A stretch of 64,000 nucleotides of DNA from Octopus sinensis (GCF_006345805.1 NC_043002.1:117924001-117988000); one strand, 5' to 3'. Counted from the stretch's first letter, positions 25,001 to 39,237 are shown. Notes: generated by a model not told the origin, from the letters alone. A program made the numbers and translations.

Positions 25001-26773
25001 GGTTTCCATTTGGGGTGGGTTTGACATCATGGTTTGCTGTTGTATGTTGTAGATTCTGTTGTTGCTACTACTTCTGTAGTTGTTCAGATTTTGTTGTTAC
25101 TGTGGTTGTCTATTTTGTTTTAGCTGCTGATGTTGCAGCTGTGTTTGTTTTTGCTGGTGCATGCTTTGTTATAGTTGTTATGGAGGTGCAAGCTTTCTTT
25201 TTGCTTCTTTTTGTTGTGAGCAGAGAACCTTCAATTGGTTGGTACTATCACATAAGGATCACCCCACTCTCCTCTCTTCCACAATAATATTTAGTTTTTG
25301 TCCAATGAGAAATTGTATATATGTAATTTTGTCTAGATTTTCTAGTTTGACTTGCATGATAACTTTCAACCCAATTCCAGACTAGTTTTTCTGTCACTGT
25401 TTCTTAACTTCTAGAAGAGAAATGGCTCTCTCTAGAATAATACACACCACTTCTCACTAGACATCTAATTCCAGTGGCATGTCTGAAATTTTAATCTTCA
25501 CTACATGCTTGACCAAATATGGCAGAATGACAAGATCCTCACTCTAATGCATAGGACAATAGAGTGCCTTTGCGCATGTACACCAGAGAGGAATCTAACC
25601 TTGATACTATCATTGTTTGGGTTGAGTGATGAAGTTGATATCACTAGAAATTCCTATCAAGCACTTTTCTACTTGTGCATAGGTGGCTATTTCCTCTCAA
25701 CAGTTTAGCCAATATACACCAATATACTATTTTCTGGGCTATTTCTTTTCCAAATGGTCTCTTGGTACTAGCCAAGAAGCTGTTTAGTTTTCAAAGTCAA
25801 CAAATTCCTGCATGCAATTCAATTATCTTTTCCTGCAAAAGTATATACTCAATATTTTGGGCAACTCCTGCAAAGGAGCTGGCCTTCTTTCTGCTAATGT
25901 TGCTGTTGCTGGTGGTGCTCCCAACTGCTTCAGAGAATGAGGTACTGGTGGTGGAAGAGGTATCAACTGTATTAGTGTTGGTGTGATTTGTAGTATTTGT
26001 GACCATCAATCCAAAATGTGCTCTCATCATATCAGCTGTTAGTAGTAGTAGTGTTTCCAGAAACCACAGTCAATCTGGTAGCAGCTATATTGGTGGTGGT
26101 AGAAGAGATGGTACAGTTATCACTTGTAGTGAAGGCAACATTGTGGTTGATGTTAAAGTACTTTATCTTCCTGTAGGACTATCAAGCTTGGAAAATTCTT
26201 ACTTTTGCTGTTGTGGTTTTTGTTCTTGTTTTTCTATCCATGTTTTTGTTACCATGACAATGATATCACCATCAGTTTCAATTATAACATTATGAATGTA
26301 ACAACTTGCAAATGAGAATCCCCCTCTCACTTTCTTTGTTATGCTCTTTTTACTTTCTCACTCTTATTTTACTGGTTTAAACATTAATACAGAATCATTG
26401 AGCATCATTTTTTTAAAGAGAAAATGAAAATTCTGTAGATTTGAAACAACTGAAAACATTCAGTATCCCTATTGGAGTGTCATTATGTAAAAAAAGAACA
26501 ACACACAACTGAGCAGGTGCCTTCTCACATAATCATCATGTTTTAATGTTCACATTTCCATGCTTGCATGGGTCAGACAGAATTTGCCAAGGCATTTTTG
26601 AAGGCCTGATTCCCTTTCTGTCATCAACTCCCACCTATTTTCAAGCAAGGTAATATTTCCCCATGGCCCGATATGTTTTTCATACAAGACTAAAAACACA
26701 CAATATAGCTTGTATAACTATGATGCTCATTTACAATCACCATGTGATGTCAAGGGTACATATATACATATAC

Positions 26774-26825
<52 letters not shown>

Positions 26826-29800
26826 TCATCATCATTTAATGTCCTTTGCCCATGCTGGCATGGGTTGGACAGTTTGATCAGGGCTGGTAAGCTGGAAGGC
26901 GGCACCAGACTCCAGTCAGATTTGGCATGGTTTTCTATGGCTGGATACCCTTCCTAATGCCAACCACTCTGAGAGTGTAATGGGTGATGAAGTAGCATAG
27001 CATACACACACACACACACATATATATATATACACACACATACACACACACATATATATATACACACACATACATATAGATATACATACATACATACACA
27101 CACACATACATACATATAAATATGCACACAAGTTTCTTTTAGTTTGTGTCCACCAAATCCATTCACAAGGTTCTATTTGGCCTGTGGCTATAGAAGAAGA
27201 CACTTGCCCAAGGTGCTGAGCAGTGGGACTGAACCCCAAACCATATGGTTGGAAAGCAAGCTACTTAACCACACAGCCTACTGTACAAAAACATATCAAG
27301 CAAACAACCACCAAGGAAGGTAGAAAAAGAAATTTTGGCGAAAAGTTAGTGCCCAAAATCAACATGGCTTCTTATTCCATAATAGACACCACCACCACCA
27401 TCACTGAAAACAACAACGCTATTTGTAAAACTCATCTAAATTGTCATAAAAATGTAATCTGAGCAAATTTTTCACTTTTTGTTAAGATGAAAAGGCAAAC
27501 AGGTGGAATGAGAAGTTGAAAGTATTATTAATCCTTTAGGGTTGATAGCCTGTCAAATAAATTGCGATCAATTTTACAACAGTTACACACCAATTTTTGA
27601 AACAGAGTCATTCCAATAACAGTAAACATTTCCTCAATGGTTTTCTAAATACGTACAATATGTATTTGCTTTAAGTATCCTGGGCCAATTTTAAATAAAC
27701 AAGCTCTGTAACATGAAAAAAGTGAGTTGATGCTATTAGTTTTAGATATAGAAATCGATCAAATGGAAATTGCAGCTGAGTTACCAGTGCCGGTGGCACG
27801 TAAGAGAACCATCTGAACGTGGCCGTTGCCAGCGCTGCCCCGACTGGCCTCGTGCCGGTGGCACGTAAAAAGCACCATCCGTTCGTGGCCGTTGCCAGCG
27901 CCGCCCCCTCGTGCCGGTGGCACGTAAAAAGTACCATCCGTTTGTGGCCGCTGCCAGCCTGGCCTGGCCACCGTGCCGGTGGCACATAAAAAGTACCATC
28001 TGATCGTGGCCGTTTGCCAGACTCGTCTGGCACCTGTGCCGGTGGCACGTAAAAAGCACCCACTACACTCGGTTGGCGTTAGGAAGGGCATCCAGCCGTA
28101 GAAACATTGCCAGATCAAACTGGGCCTGGTGCAGCCTTCTGGCTTGCCAGACCCCAGTTGAACTGTCCAACCCATGCTAGCATGGAAAGCGGACACTATA
28201 CGATGATGATGATGATGATGATATTCTTCAACTTGCTTCAGTCATAGGACTTTGGCTATGCTTGGACACCACTTGGAAGGGTTTAGTTGATCAAATCAAC
28301 CCCAGTGCATTTTTTCAAAGGGGTTAATACTTTGTCTCTTGTTGAACTGTGAAGTTATGAGGATGTAAACAAATTAACACCAGTTGTCAATTGGTGGTGG
28401 TGGCAGGACAGACATAAAGACATGCACAACAGGCTTCGACACAATTTCTATCAACCAAATTCACACAGTTCGAGGTCATTAACTGTATCAATTGACCAAC
28501 AGCTGTAAAGTATACAATGTAAACTAGCATTACATTCTTCTATTTGAAGTCTTACATGTTAGAGTTTGTTCAACTATATCCCAGGCTCTGTTTCTAAACA
28601 TAGCCATTTCTTTGTTGTGGTCATCTTACTTTAACAAATAAGTCTTTGAAAATGATTTTCTAGAAATCAGGAAAAAAAAGATTGGTTTTATTATGTTTTA
28701 TAGTACTGATATAGCTATATCCCAATTAGATAAATTATGTTAAGTAGAATTTGAAAACATTACTTTCAATTCTTCAAGCAGAATTTGATACTTCAACATG
28801 TGTGGTACTGACAATTATTGCAAGTTTTGGGCATTTCTTGTGATTAAGAAAAAAGCTCCAAAGAAAAGAAATGCAGGAATAAAAACCAATAACTTACTTT
28901 TAATATAAATTTGGAGCTGTTCAGAGGCCGGTGGTCCAAGGAAGGGGTGATAAGGAATAACTGTAGTTAGATACTGTAAAAAGAATAATCATTTTATTTA
29001 ATAAGAGTTTTGTAACTGTGTAAGAAAGAATTGAATGATCTTGACAATTTGGAAAATATTTCCCTATTATCAATTTTAAAAAATTTAAAATTTTCAAATG
29101 ATTTGGCTTGGAGAAAGGGTCAGTGTTCATGGCCTTCAGAGGTCTGCAGGAAGGGTCTATGCCCATAACCTTCAGAGCCCTCCTGGAACTGGTAAGATCA
29201 ATGGTTACAAGAAAAACATGTGCAGAAAACAATTTCCAGAGGGCCAAAATTCTCCAAAGGAAAGACCGAGTATAGTGGTTGGTGCAGGGTGTGGGAGGGT
29301 TGACAATATGGAGAAGAGGTGACACAAAACCAGCTACATGGAGTAAAAGCCATTGTAGTGATAGAAAAAGATAGAGAGAAGGGACATGTCTATGGACCAG
29401 AGGTAGAAGTATGATGGCTGATAACATTATAATAATTAAGTGGTTTTTCTTTGGATGTAATCTAGGGTGTTTGTGTGTGTGTAGCAGAAACTGAGTCTCA
29501 GATGTGAAGTTTCACCTGAGCTTTGTAGAAAGTATTTTCTGGCTTTGAAGAGGAGGCCTTGTTTTTACGATGCAGTTTTTACTATGCAGAGGATGAATGT
29601 TCACTGGGTGAGATCCTCAATGGTGGTGAGACCTAGCATTTGTAGTGGTTTACATCTGGGGGATTAGAGTATGATAATGCTTTTGTGATATGATAGTGAA
29701 ACGTGTCTCTGAGTTGTAAAAGGAGATAAAATTGGTACGAGTCTACTGGAGATGTTTTTGAAGGTGTTTCTTCATGGAGTCAGTGCAGAATGTTAGGAAA

Positions 29801-32465
29801 GAATGAAGGAAAGCATCATATGTGCAAGAGTGGCTATTGCTCAATGAATTATGACATAATTTATCTATGCAATTTATCATTTTGTAAAAAAAAAAAATCA
29901 AAAATTCATTCCAATATAAACAAGATTATCCCCTTGGATCAGGTTTCAGAAAAAAAGAAAAATAAAGGAAAAGGAAACATTTACATGTTTACCTTATATT
30001 ATACTGAAAGGTTAAAGTAAAACATCTATGACAACTTTTATATTGAGCATCATGACAAAGATAAAAAATATCAAATATATAATTTGATGCACTCTTTATA
30101 GAAAAATCCCATAAAAAAATGTTTTATTGGATTTATGATAACTAAATTTATAAGATACTAAGTAATTAAAATTTATATTAAATAAAGTTTAAGGAATAAA
30201 ACAAATATTATCATTGCAAACATTTAATTTATCTAAATATTTCTGGAGGGGAAGAATTAGATTTTTCTGTTCATACAAGCAGACAGAGTTCTAAACAATC
30301 TCTCTGGAGGAGATTTATTTATAGAAATTCAGTCCCACTTTGATTAGTAGAGTTTAAGGAAGGGCCTATAAATGAGATTGGCGGTTGATATAGAATTTGG
30401 AGAATGGAGATGAGTACATTATAAAACGCATAAGGAAAAAAGAGTGGTAGAACTTAGAACAATCATGTTTAGGATTGGGTTTAAAGAGCCAGCAAGGAAC
30501 AGAGAGAAAGTTTTAGCAAGTAGAAGTATAATACCCATGTAAGTCAGTTATAACAGGAGCAGAGAATATATGGCAATTGGCAGGGAATTTTAGAGAGTTT
30601 ATCAATCAAAAAGATGGATTTTCATTAGCTGTGTATAATGAATAAAGGATGATAGCAGTACATTATATTGGAACAGTTTTATAACTTGTAGAGCCAGGAG
30701 ATAATGTAATTCTTTACTTCAAAAGTTTCTGTTAAAAAGGCTAAAGCTATATTAAAAATATAAAGGCTTTTCAGTGTGTTACATTACCTACACTGAAACA
30801 CAATTCTTCCCAATAGAAGCCTAAAACAATATTCTACAAAGGTGACAAAATAACCTAATCACAACCAATAGTGACAAAACACATGCATTATATATTTTAT
30901 TGTAAAGAAGCTGCAAATGGTGTATTATTTTATTCATAGAAAATACACAGCTCAAAGCAAGACACTCACTGCAATTTATAAGTAACCTTTCATGGTGACC
31001 AAATTTCATCAAGGCCCATGATACTTTTGTTACTCAAGTGGATACATGTAGATCTGATGTCTCTTATGTATATGTTTGAAGATGGTGAGACAGCTCGAGT
31101 AAACAATGATAAGAGAGAGAGAGGGGTGAAGTGTTGGAAAGTGGTCCAGATAAGTCCTATGATGTCCCTAGTTACCCTGGAAGCAATGTATGGAACATTA
31201 AAACAAATTTCATTTATACTTACTGTTCCAGCACCTTCTGCCAATGCATTATTAACTTTTACTCTTTTCTTCTTTTTGTCAACATTGTTTTCACGTCTTT
31301 TTTTCTGAAGAGTCAGCAGTAGAGAGATGAACTGATTCTTGAGTTCCTTGTCATATTCAAGCTCATCACGTAAGGCTAGTTCAGTGACTAGAGTTTCTGA
31401 TAGCTCTTTTATGGTCAGCTCAAATTGGGCAAGTAACTCATTCAGAGCTGCCGTTGACATGCTTTTCATCTCTGAAAATATACAAGAATATTTTTCTTTT
31501 GGTCACATGAATTCATATTTAATTTATTGTTTTATATAATTTTCTTCTTTTTGTATATTATTTAAGATTCTCTATTTCTGACAAAGCAATTATATAATAA
31601 CTATTTTTTAATCTTTTACCTTTTACTTGTACTGTGGCAATGCTGGGGCACCACCTTAAAGAATTTTTTAGTCAAATAATTCAACCCCAGTATTTATTGT
31701 TTTTTAAAGCCTAGTACTTATTCTATTGGTTTCTTTTGCTGAACTCTTAAGTTACAGGAATGTAAACACATCAACACCAGTTGTAAAGTGGTGTTGGAGA
31801 ACAAACACAAATACAAAGGCATACACAACAAGCTTCCTTCAGTTTCCATTCACCAAATCCACTCACAAAGCTTTGATTGGCCTAAGGCTAAACACAAAGT
31901 TTTATAATCATCTAAGCAAATATCATCTTATAACTTTGTTTTTCAACATAAACACAGGTGCAATTTTTGATAGTTTGTTACAATGTTAATATTTTCCATC
32001 TAAATCGAGTTAATATTAATTTTTTTGCTTGATACTAAAACTCAGGGATACAACAACTATTTAAAATTTATGAGTATTGTATATTATTCATGCAAAATTA
32101 ATAAAACTACTACCTCCAGAGAAAACTTGAAGTGAATGTATACAAAAAATTAATACTATAGTCTACAATTCCCTAATACAATTGTCTCAAACATTAAAAC
32201 TCCAAGTTCAAAGTCTTAATTTTCAGGATTTCGGGCTCAATACATAGAAAGATATAATTAAAAAAACCTTCAAAAAATTTAACCAAACTCAACATATGTA
32301 ATCTAAAAGTTTGGTAAAGTTTCAGTAGCCTGGACAGAATAATTACAAAGTTGTTAAACTTTAACACCTTCAGTTATTAAATGAGTATCATCTCTACATT
32401 ATAATAAGCTGATATAAATGTTAGTTGATTGCTTGATTTCTCCAGTCACATTTTACATTGTACAA

Positions 32466-32535
<70 letters not shown>

Positions 32536-35109
32536 AAGAGAGAGAAAGAGATTGATTTAACATCGAGTTGACTGAGGAACATTGAAATTGACAAGCAATA
32601 GGAGGATGGTAAAAATGAGAAAAGTTACATAGTTGATGGATGCCAAATGAAGGCCACATGCTTTACACACACCTACAATAGCATGATAAACTTGACAAAG
32701 AAGCAGTTGGTTTACCCAACCATATATATAGATGTGTATATGTATATGTGCGTGTATATATGTATTGTATATATGTGTGTATATGTGTATGTGTGTGTAT
32801 ATGTATGTTCTATCTCTCTAAAATAACAACCAATATGTTGGTTGGTCGATTTCTTTGTGCTGTACATCATATAAAGAGATAAAGAGAGGAAATAAAAGAG
32901 AGATACAGAGAGAGTTAAAAATAAGAGGTGCTGGATGAAATCATATATTAGGCTCTGTGGAAGCCAATGAGTAAAGAAATGCAACACACAAAGTGAGAGT
33001 GAAAGAATCATAGAAACGGAGGAGGAGGAGGAGGAAGAAAGGGAGTATATGATGGTAGTTGGCTGTAGTTGTAAAAGATTCTGCAATAGTTAATATTTAT
33101 TGTAAGGAATGTTTTCTTTAGGTACTTTTTAAGTTGTTTGTCAGCAGAATATGATTTATAGCATTAATCACTAGGGAATTTGATAACTTAGGAATTTATA
33201 GAAAACTGTTCCAAATATATATATGACTAGGCAGTGAGCTGGCAGAAACATTAGCACACCAGGTGAAATGGTTAGCTGTATTTCATCTGTCTTTACGTTC
33301 TGAGTTCAAATTCCGCCAAGGTTGACTTTGCCTTTCATCCTTTCAGGAGTCGATCTAGTTGACTGGCCCCTCCCCAAAAATTTCAGGCCTTGTGCCTAGA
33401 GCAGAAAAGAATATATATGACTACAACTGTTATAAAAATATTAATACGCTATTGCTTCCCTTATCTTAGTCTATAACTTACTCTCCTCTCCTTTCCAAGT
33501 GGTATCCATATATCTACAGCAAGATACTTATCTCTGTCTCACTCATCATCACCATCTTCATCGTTTAACATCTGTTTTCCATGCTGGCATGGGTTGGACA
33601 GTTTGACTGAGGTCTGGAGAGCTAGCGGCTGCACCAGGCTCCAATTTGGCCCTTCCTAACGCCAACCACTCTGAGAGTGTAGTGGATACTTTTACGTGCC
33701 ACCAGCACAAGAGCCAGTCAGGCGGGCCTAGCATTGATCACGTTCAGATAGTGCTTTTTACGTGCCACTGACACAGGGGCCAATCAGGTGGAACTGGCAT
33801 TGGCCATGTTCATATGGTGCTTTTTATGTGCCACCTGGCACAACTCCCATCCTAATCAATACTACTCCCCCACCCAGTTAAGAGTCTTTTGTCTTTCAGG
33901 GTACTTGATGATCTTGGTGATGGTGCCACACGAAAAGCACCCAGTACACTTTGGCATTAAGAAGAGCATCTAGCTGTAGAAGCTAAGCCAAAACAGACAA
34001 TGCAGCCTGGTACAACCCCTAACCTTGTCAGCTACTGTCAAACTGTCCAACCCTTACTGGCATGGAAAACAGATGTTAAGTGATGATGATGAAGGTGATG
34101 ACTTTAAAGCTGTGAGCTGGCAGAACTGTTACTGCACTGAGTAAACTGCTTAATGGCATTTCGTTTGACACTATGTTCTGAGTTCAAATTCTGCTGAGGT
34201 CACGTTTGCTCTTCATTCTTTTCGAGTCAATAAAATAAGTACTAGTCAAAGTTGGCAACAAAGTTATACTTCAATGAGGAGAAATATTAATACATTTTTG
34301 TCATCATGGGTAATATAAGGAAGCATGAGAGATATACAAAAATTACGATTCAACTTTTATCAAATTACCGATGGTGGTAAAAGTATTATTTAAAAGTTAT
34401 CCACCTTATCACAGGTAACGTTCTAGTTAAAACATGATAATTAGAAACAACTAATGCTTTATACATATATAAATACATACATATATATATAAATATATAT
34501 ATATATATATGCATACACACATATATAATAATATACATATATGCAAATATACATACATATATGTACATCATCATCATCGTTTAACGTCCGCTTTCCATGC
34601 TAGCATGGGTTAGACGAATTGACTGAGGACTAGCGAACCAGATGGCTGCACCAGGCTCCAATCTGATCTGGCAGAGTTTCTACAGCTGGATGCCCTTCCT
34701 AACGCCAACCACTCCGAGAGTGTAGTGGGTGCTTTTACGTGCCACCAGCACAGGAGCCAGTCCAGTGGCACTGGCAACGACCTCGCTCAAATTGCTTTTC
34801 ACGTGCCACCGGCACAAGTGCCGATATATGGAGGCGCAATGGCCTAGTGGTTAGGGCAGCAGACTCGCGGTCGCAGGATCGCGGTTTCGATTCCCAGACC
34901 GGGCGTTGTGAGTGAAAACACCTAAAAGCTCCACGAGGCTCCGGCAGGGGGTGGTGATCCCTGCTGTACTCTTTCACCACTCTTTCTTCTGTTGGCCTGC
35001 TCGCTTAGCCAGCGGGGTGGCGTCATTTGAAGGCTAAAACAATGCAAACGCGTTGTGACCAGCGATGTGTAACAACATTTGATGGTCTGGTCGGTCACGT
35101 GATCACGTG

Positions 35110-35158
<49 letters not shown>

Positions 35159-38100
35159 AAAAAAGCAACAAGAATGGATTAAAATCTTGGTACAATTGTT
35201 TCGTACGAGGACATCTTTAATAAGCTACAAAAAATGCAGTAAATATAGATGGCTCGTTCTCGTCAGCCGAAAAAACATCAGAGATTCCCAAACATGAAAA
35301 GGGGTGGATACAAATGAGGGTGTAAGTTTAACTGCATTGAAGAAAGTTCGATTCCTGGAGATCCGATGAAAGGTCTTGAACTTACAGAATTTGTGCATGT
35401 CCATATATAGCTCATAGTGAATTGTTAATCAAGTTATGTGAAGAAATTTTGGATACAGTCATGCGAAATTTCTGAGAATCCGAGTAAGAAGCAAAGTGAC
35501 TGTCATATCGTGTAGAGGAACAGATTGTTATTGAAATTTACAAGAATCACAGATAAGTTTGATTCCTGGAGATCCGATGAAAAGTCTTGAACTTACAGAA
35601 TATGTGCATGTCCATATAGTGCATAGTGAATTATTAATCAAGTTATGTGAAGAAATTTTGGGTACAATCGTGCGAAATTTCAGGGAATCCGAGTGAGAAG
35701 CAAAATGACAATCTTATTCTGTAGAGGAACAGATTGTTATTGAAATTTACAAGAATCACAGAGAGAAGAGGAAGGAAGTAGAATTTAGTCAGTTACTGCT
35801 ATTAAATGCTATCAAAGAGAAGGGAACGGGAAGCTAAGGGGAGGGACACAAGTTGATACTATAAGAAAAATCTAAGCTTATTTGGTGCAAAATTCGAACT
35901 GAGGTCAATTAATTTATTTCTTTATTTATTAGTGTTACTATTAATAGATTGTCAGGTTACAATGAGAGGTCAGTAGAAAGGAAAGAACAAAAGGAGTTGT
36001 TTTCTAATGAAACCAAACAATTATATTATTATATTATATTATATTATATTATATTATAATATATTACAATAGGTTTGGGATTAGCAGAATTAATTATTAG
36101 TGCAAAAGAAACTAAGAAGTTTAACTAACTAATTTTTTATAGGTAGGTTAAAGTGAAATAGACTAAGAAATAGAGATAAAAATAGAGCAAAATTAAAATT
36201 ATCTACATAGTCTAATAGAAATAAATCAAATAACTTAAATCAATAAGTATTAAATAGTACAGTTAGAGAGAGACTATAATCATAGCTAGTTAGATCGTAT
36301 CTGTCTAGTTAAATATATAATATACTATGTGATTTTATAAAGTGATTTTATACTAAGTGATTTTAATATACAGTTGTCAATTAAAATATCATTTAAAATA
36401 TTTAAGAGTCTTAGTTCGAGCGTGTATACAAGAATTTTCCTAGTTCAATTCTGCTGTTCAGTGAAATTTCCCTATTTTTTCTATACATTAGTATTTCAAA
36501 TGTTTCCATGGAGCAAAGTTGACAACCTACCCTGCTATTTTTATAGGGTATTGCTCTTCTGACTAATTCCCAATTAAGGTTATATTTGATATTATTGTTT
36601 TTTAGTTCCCAAATTTTACTAGAAAGAGTGGTGCTATCAGCTTTATGACGTAATCTGAAGGAGGATAGATGATTATTCAATCTTTTCTTAAAATTTACAG
36701 TACATCCAACATAAGTGAATTTATTATTATCTGTGGTTGTGGAGCATTTGTAGATTATGTTATTTAACCCGCATAAACCAGGTGCCGGGTATTTTGATTT
36801 AATTCTGCAGTTACATCTAGGGGAATTATAATTAGAAGTGGAATAACTTGAGGATAGAAGTCTCATCCTACTGTTGCTCGAAGCAGTGCGGGTAAATTTA
36901 TCATGATTTTGGTTATTGTTGTTATCTAAAAAAACTCTATCATTATTGTAGTTAATATTATTATCTAAAGTAGTATTATCATTTATTGGTATTCTTACAT
37001 TTTCATTTGGTTCTAAAGCCCTACTTTCATTATTAATATTATTGGTGCTGTTATCTAAAATAATGTTATCATTATTGTAGTTAATGTTATTACCTAAAGT
37101 AGTATTATTATTTATCGGTATTCCTACACTATCATTTGGTTCTATAACCCTACTATCATTATTGATATTGTTGGTGTGCTGTTAGTATTGTTGTCGGTAT
37201 TGTTTTCCAAATGTGTAGTGTTGTTGCTGATAACATTGTTGTCCTCATTCACTGTACTTACATTCCTGGTATTATTCCTATTATTAACATAATCATTCCT
37301 ATTTATGTTATTATTATTATTAACAATTCTATAGCTATTGGTTATATTTATTATATGACATTCCTTATTATCATTGTTGCAATTATTACTTTCAGTAATG
37401 TTATTACAATTTTCAATTGTATTTTTATTCTTATTGTTTAAATTTTTTCTGGCTAGTTTTATGTTATTATTATTGATCTTAGCTATTAAAGTGGACATAT
37501 TTGGGAGGGTTGAATAAGAAATTCTGACTGTTTTTTTAGAAATAATTTTATGATATCTATGAGAGGATGGGAAATTTTTTTCAAGAATTGTTTTGAATCT
37601 ACTCTGAATATCTGATGAAACCGCACAGTTAAAAGGGATGTTTAGCCATATTATGTCTTTCTTATTAAATTTCTTAGAATTAGAGTTAGGGCTGTTAGAA
37701 TTGTTCCCACTAGAGTTAGGGTTGTTAGAATTGTTCCTATCATCATCAGATTTTTCGTATTTATTAATGTTCTTGTTTGCATGTTTATTAGTTTTATCCA
37801 AGTTTATTTTCTCCTTATTACAAGTGTTCACTGTTATGTTTTTTATTAATGTTCTTAATATCATTAGGGTACTTTGCCGTTGTAATCTATTCTACTATCA
37901 TTTCTGGCTTGGTCATTATTGTTGTCTACGTTACTAATTGTATGTTTCTAATTTTATTTAAGGTTGTCTTATCAGGGCTATCTATGTTATGGTCTATGTA
38001 TTTATCCTTGTACTTATTATCATTACGAATAGATGTTGTATTAGATCCACATCTACGTATCTTTTCGGCTTGATCGTTTTTGTTGTTTATGTGGTTATTG

Positions 38101-39154
38101 CTATTTAAATTACTTAAATTATTATGAGTTTGTAAGTTTTCCGTATCAACAAATGTAATTTTTTGGTTATATCCTGCTCTAGATAACGCCTCATTGTAAT
38201 GTCCTGAGTGTGAGTTAAATGTATCAAAATTAGACGATAATTTGGATATTCTCATGGAAATATTTCTAACTAAGGAATTAATTATATTTGGGGGATGATT
38301 AGATAATTTACTTACGTAACTAGTGATTTCACCTTCTTTTCTAAATGGATAATGTAGTTTGGAGTTAAGGTCTAAAGTAATATCTAGAAAATTAGCTATT
38401 TTAATGCCTGGTTCATAGGTTATGCTAAGGTTGAAATCTTTAAAAAACCTATCAATTTTCTTTTTTATTCTTTCTATGTGTGATTTATTACTGGTATGGA
38501 CAACAAACAAAGAATCATCTCTATATAAACCAGCTTGCAATTCAGGGATCTCCTTTTTTATGCATTTCAGTAGATATGCTCCGACTAAGTTGGTCACCTC
38601 AGCCGAATCACTTGAGCCCATAGGAATATCAAAATTATTAGGGGTATCAGCTCTGGTCCATAATTTTCCCTCAAACTCAATAAATGTTTTTCTAGCTAAA
38701 AGTATAATGTCTATTTCCTCTCTAGATATGAGGGAGCGATTCATCGCGAATATAAGTGATTTATTTAATAGGATAGGGGAAATGCTAGAGTAGTAGTTAT
38801 TTATGTCGAATTGAATGAAGGCTAGATTATTGGAAATCGAACTTTCTTCAATGCAGTTAAACTTACACCCTCATTTGTATCCACCCCTTTTCATGTTTGG
38901 GAATCTCTAATGTTTTTTCGGCTGACGAGAACGAGCTATCTATATTTACTGCATTTTTTGTAGCTTATTAAAGATGTCCTCGTACGAAACAATTGGACCG
39001 AGATTTTTAATCTCATTCTTGTTGCTTTTTTTCCTATTTGTAATCACCCCACTGTTCGTATGGTTAAACCATATAGATTTCCGGGCATCATCCTAGTTCA
39101 CGACCATATTCATGTGAATTCATTAAATTCACTTGAATCTCAATTACTTAAACC

Positions 39155-39188
<34 letters not shown>

Positions 39189-39237
39189 GTATATATATAT
39201 GTATATATATATGTATATATATATGTATATATATATG

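Larger units (their letters stand above)
35157..39155 (-). mobile_element. Penelope-like element (C-terminal GIY-YIG type), 5'-truncated, with inverted terminal repeat, inserted in (TA)n
   Basis: RT motifs [39 protein letters not shown]; thumb IIWLNIPFN...KNFPSSH...SYSTLPN; endonuclease CNCR...IIYKC...[13 protein letters not shown]...CQLC; about 200-bp inverted repeats. Confidence 0.95.

Noticed and set aside
27790-28070. Repeat-spacer pattern resembling a CRISPR array (also 40570-41100, 42160-42330, 44870-45140)
   Set aside because: Eukaryotic context, no cas genes; the variable parts are short and related to each other, and the array is physically linked to RTE ORF2 at 21-22.5 kb.
28974-29427. 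168-aa ORF overlapping the FEZ exon region
   Set aside because: It is a different frame from the FEZ exon and derives from a decayed CR1-like LINE.
30990-31223. C-terminal half of the 159-aa ORF 30990..31469
   Set aside because: Intron read-through past the GTAAGT donor at 31223; FEZ similarity stops at GAGT.
34830-34905. tRNA-like sequence
   Set aside because: A and B boxes are present, but the acceptor and anticodon stems do not close and it continues into a SINE body.
37681-37738. Two TTAGGG units in the Penelope-like element, suggesting a telomeric link
   Set aside because: Isolated hexamers within a 30-bp duplication encoding NNPNS on the opposite strand; not a telomeric array.
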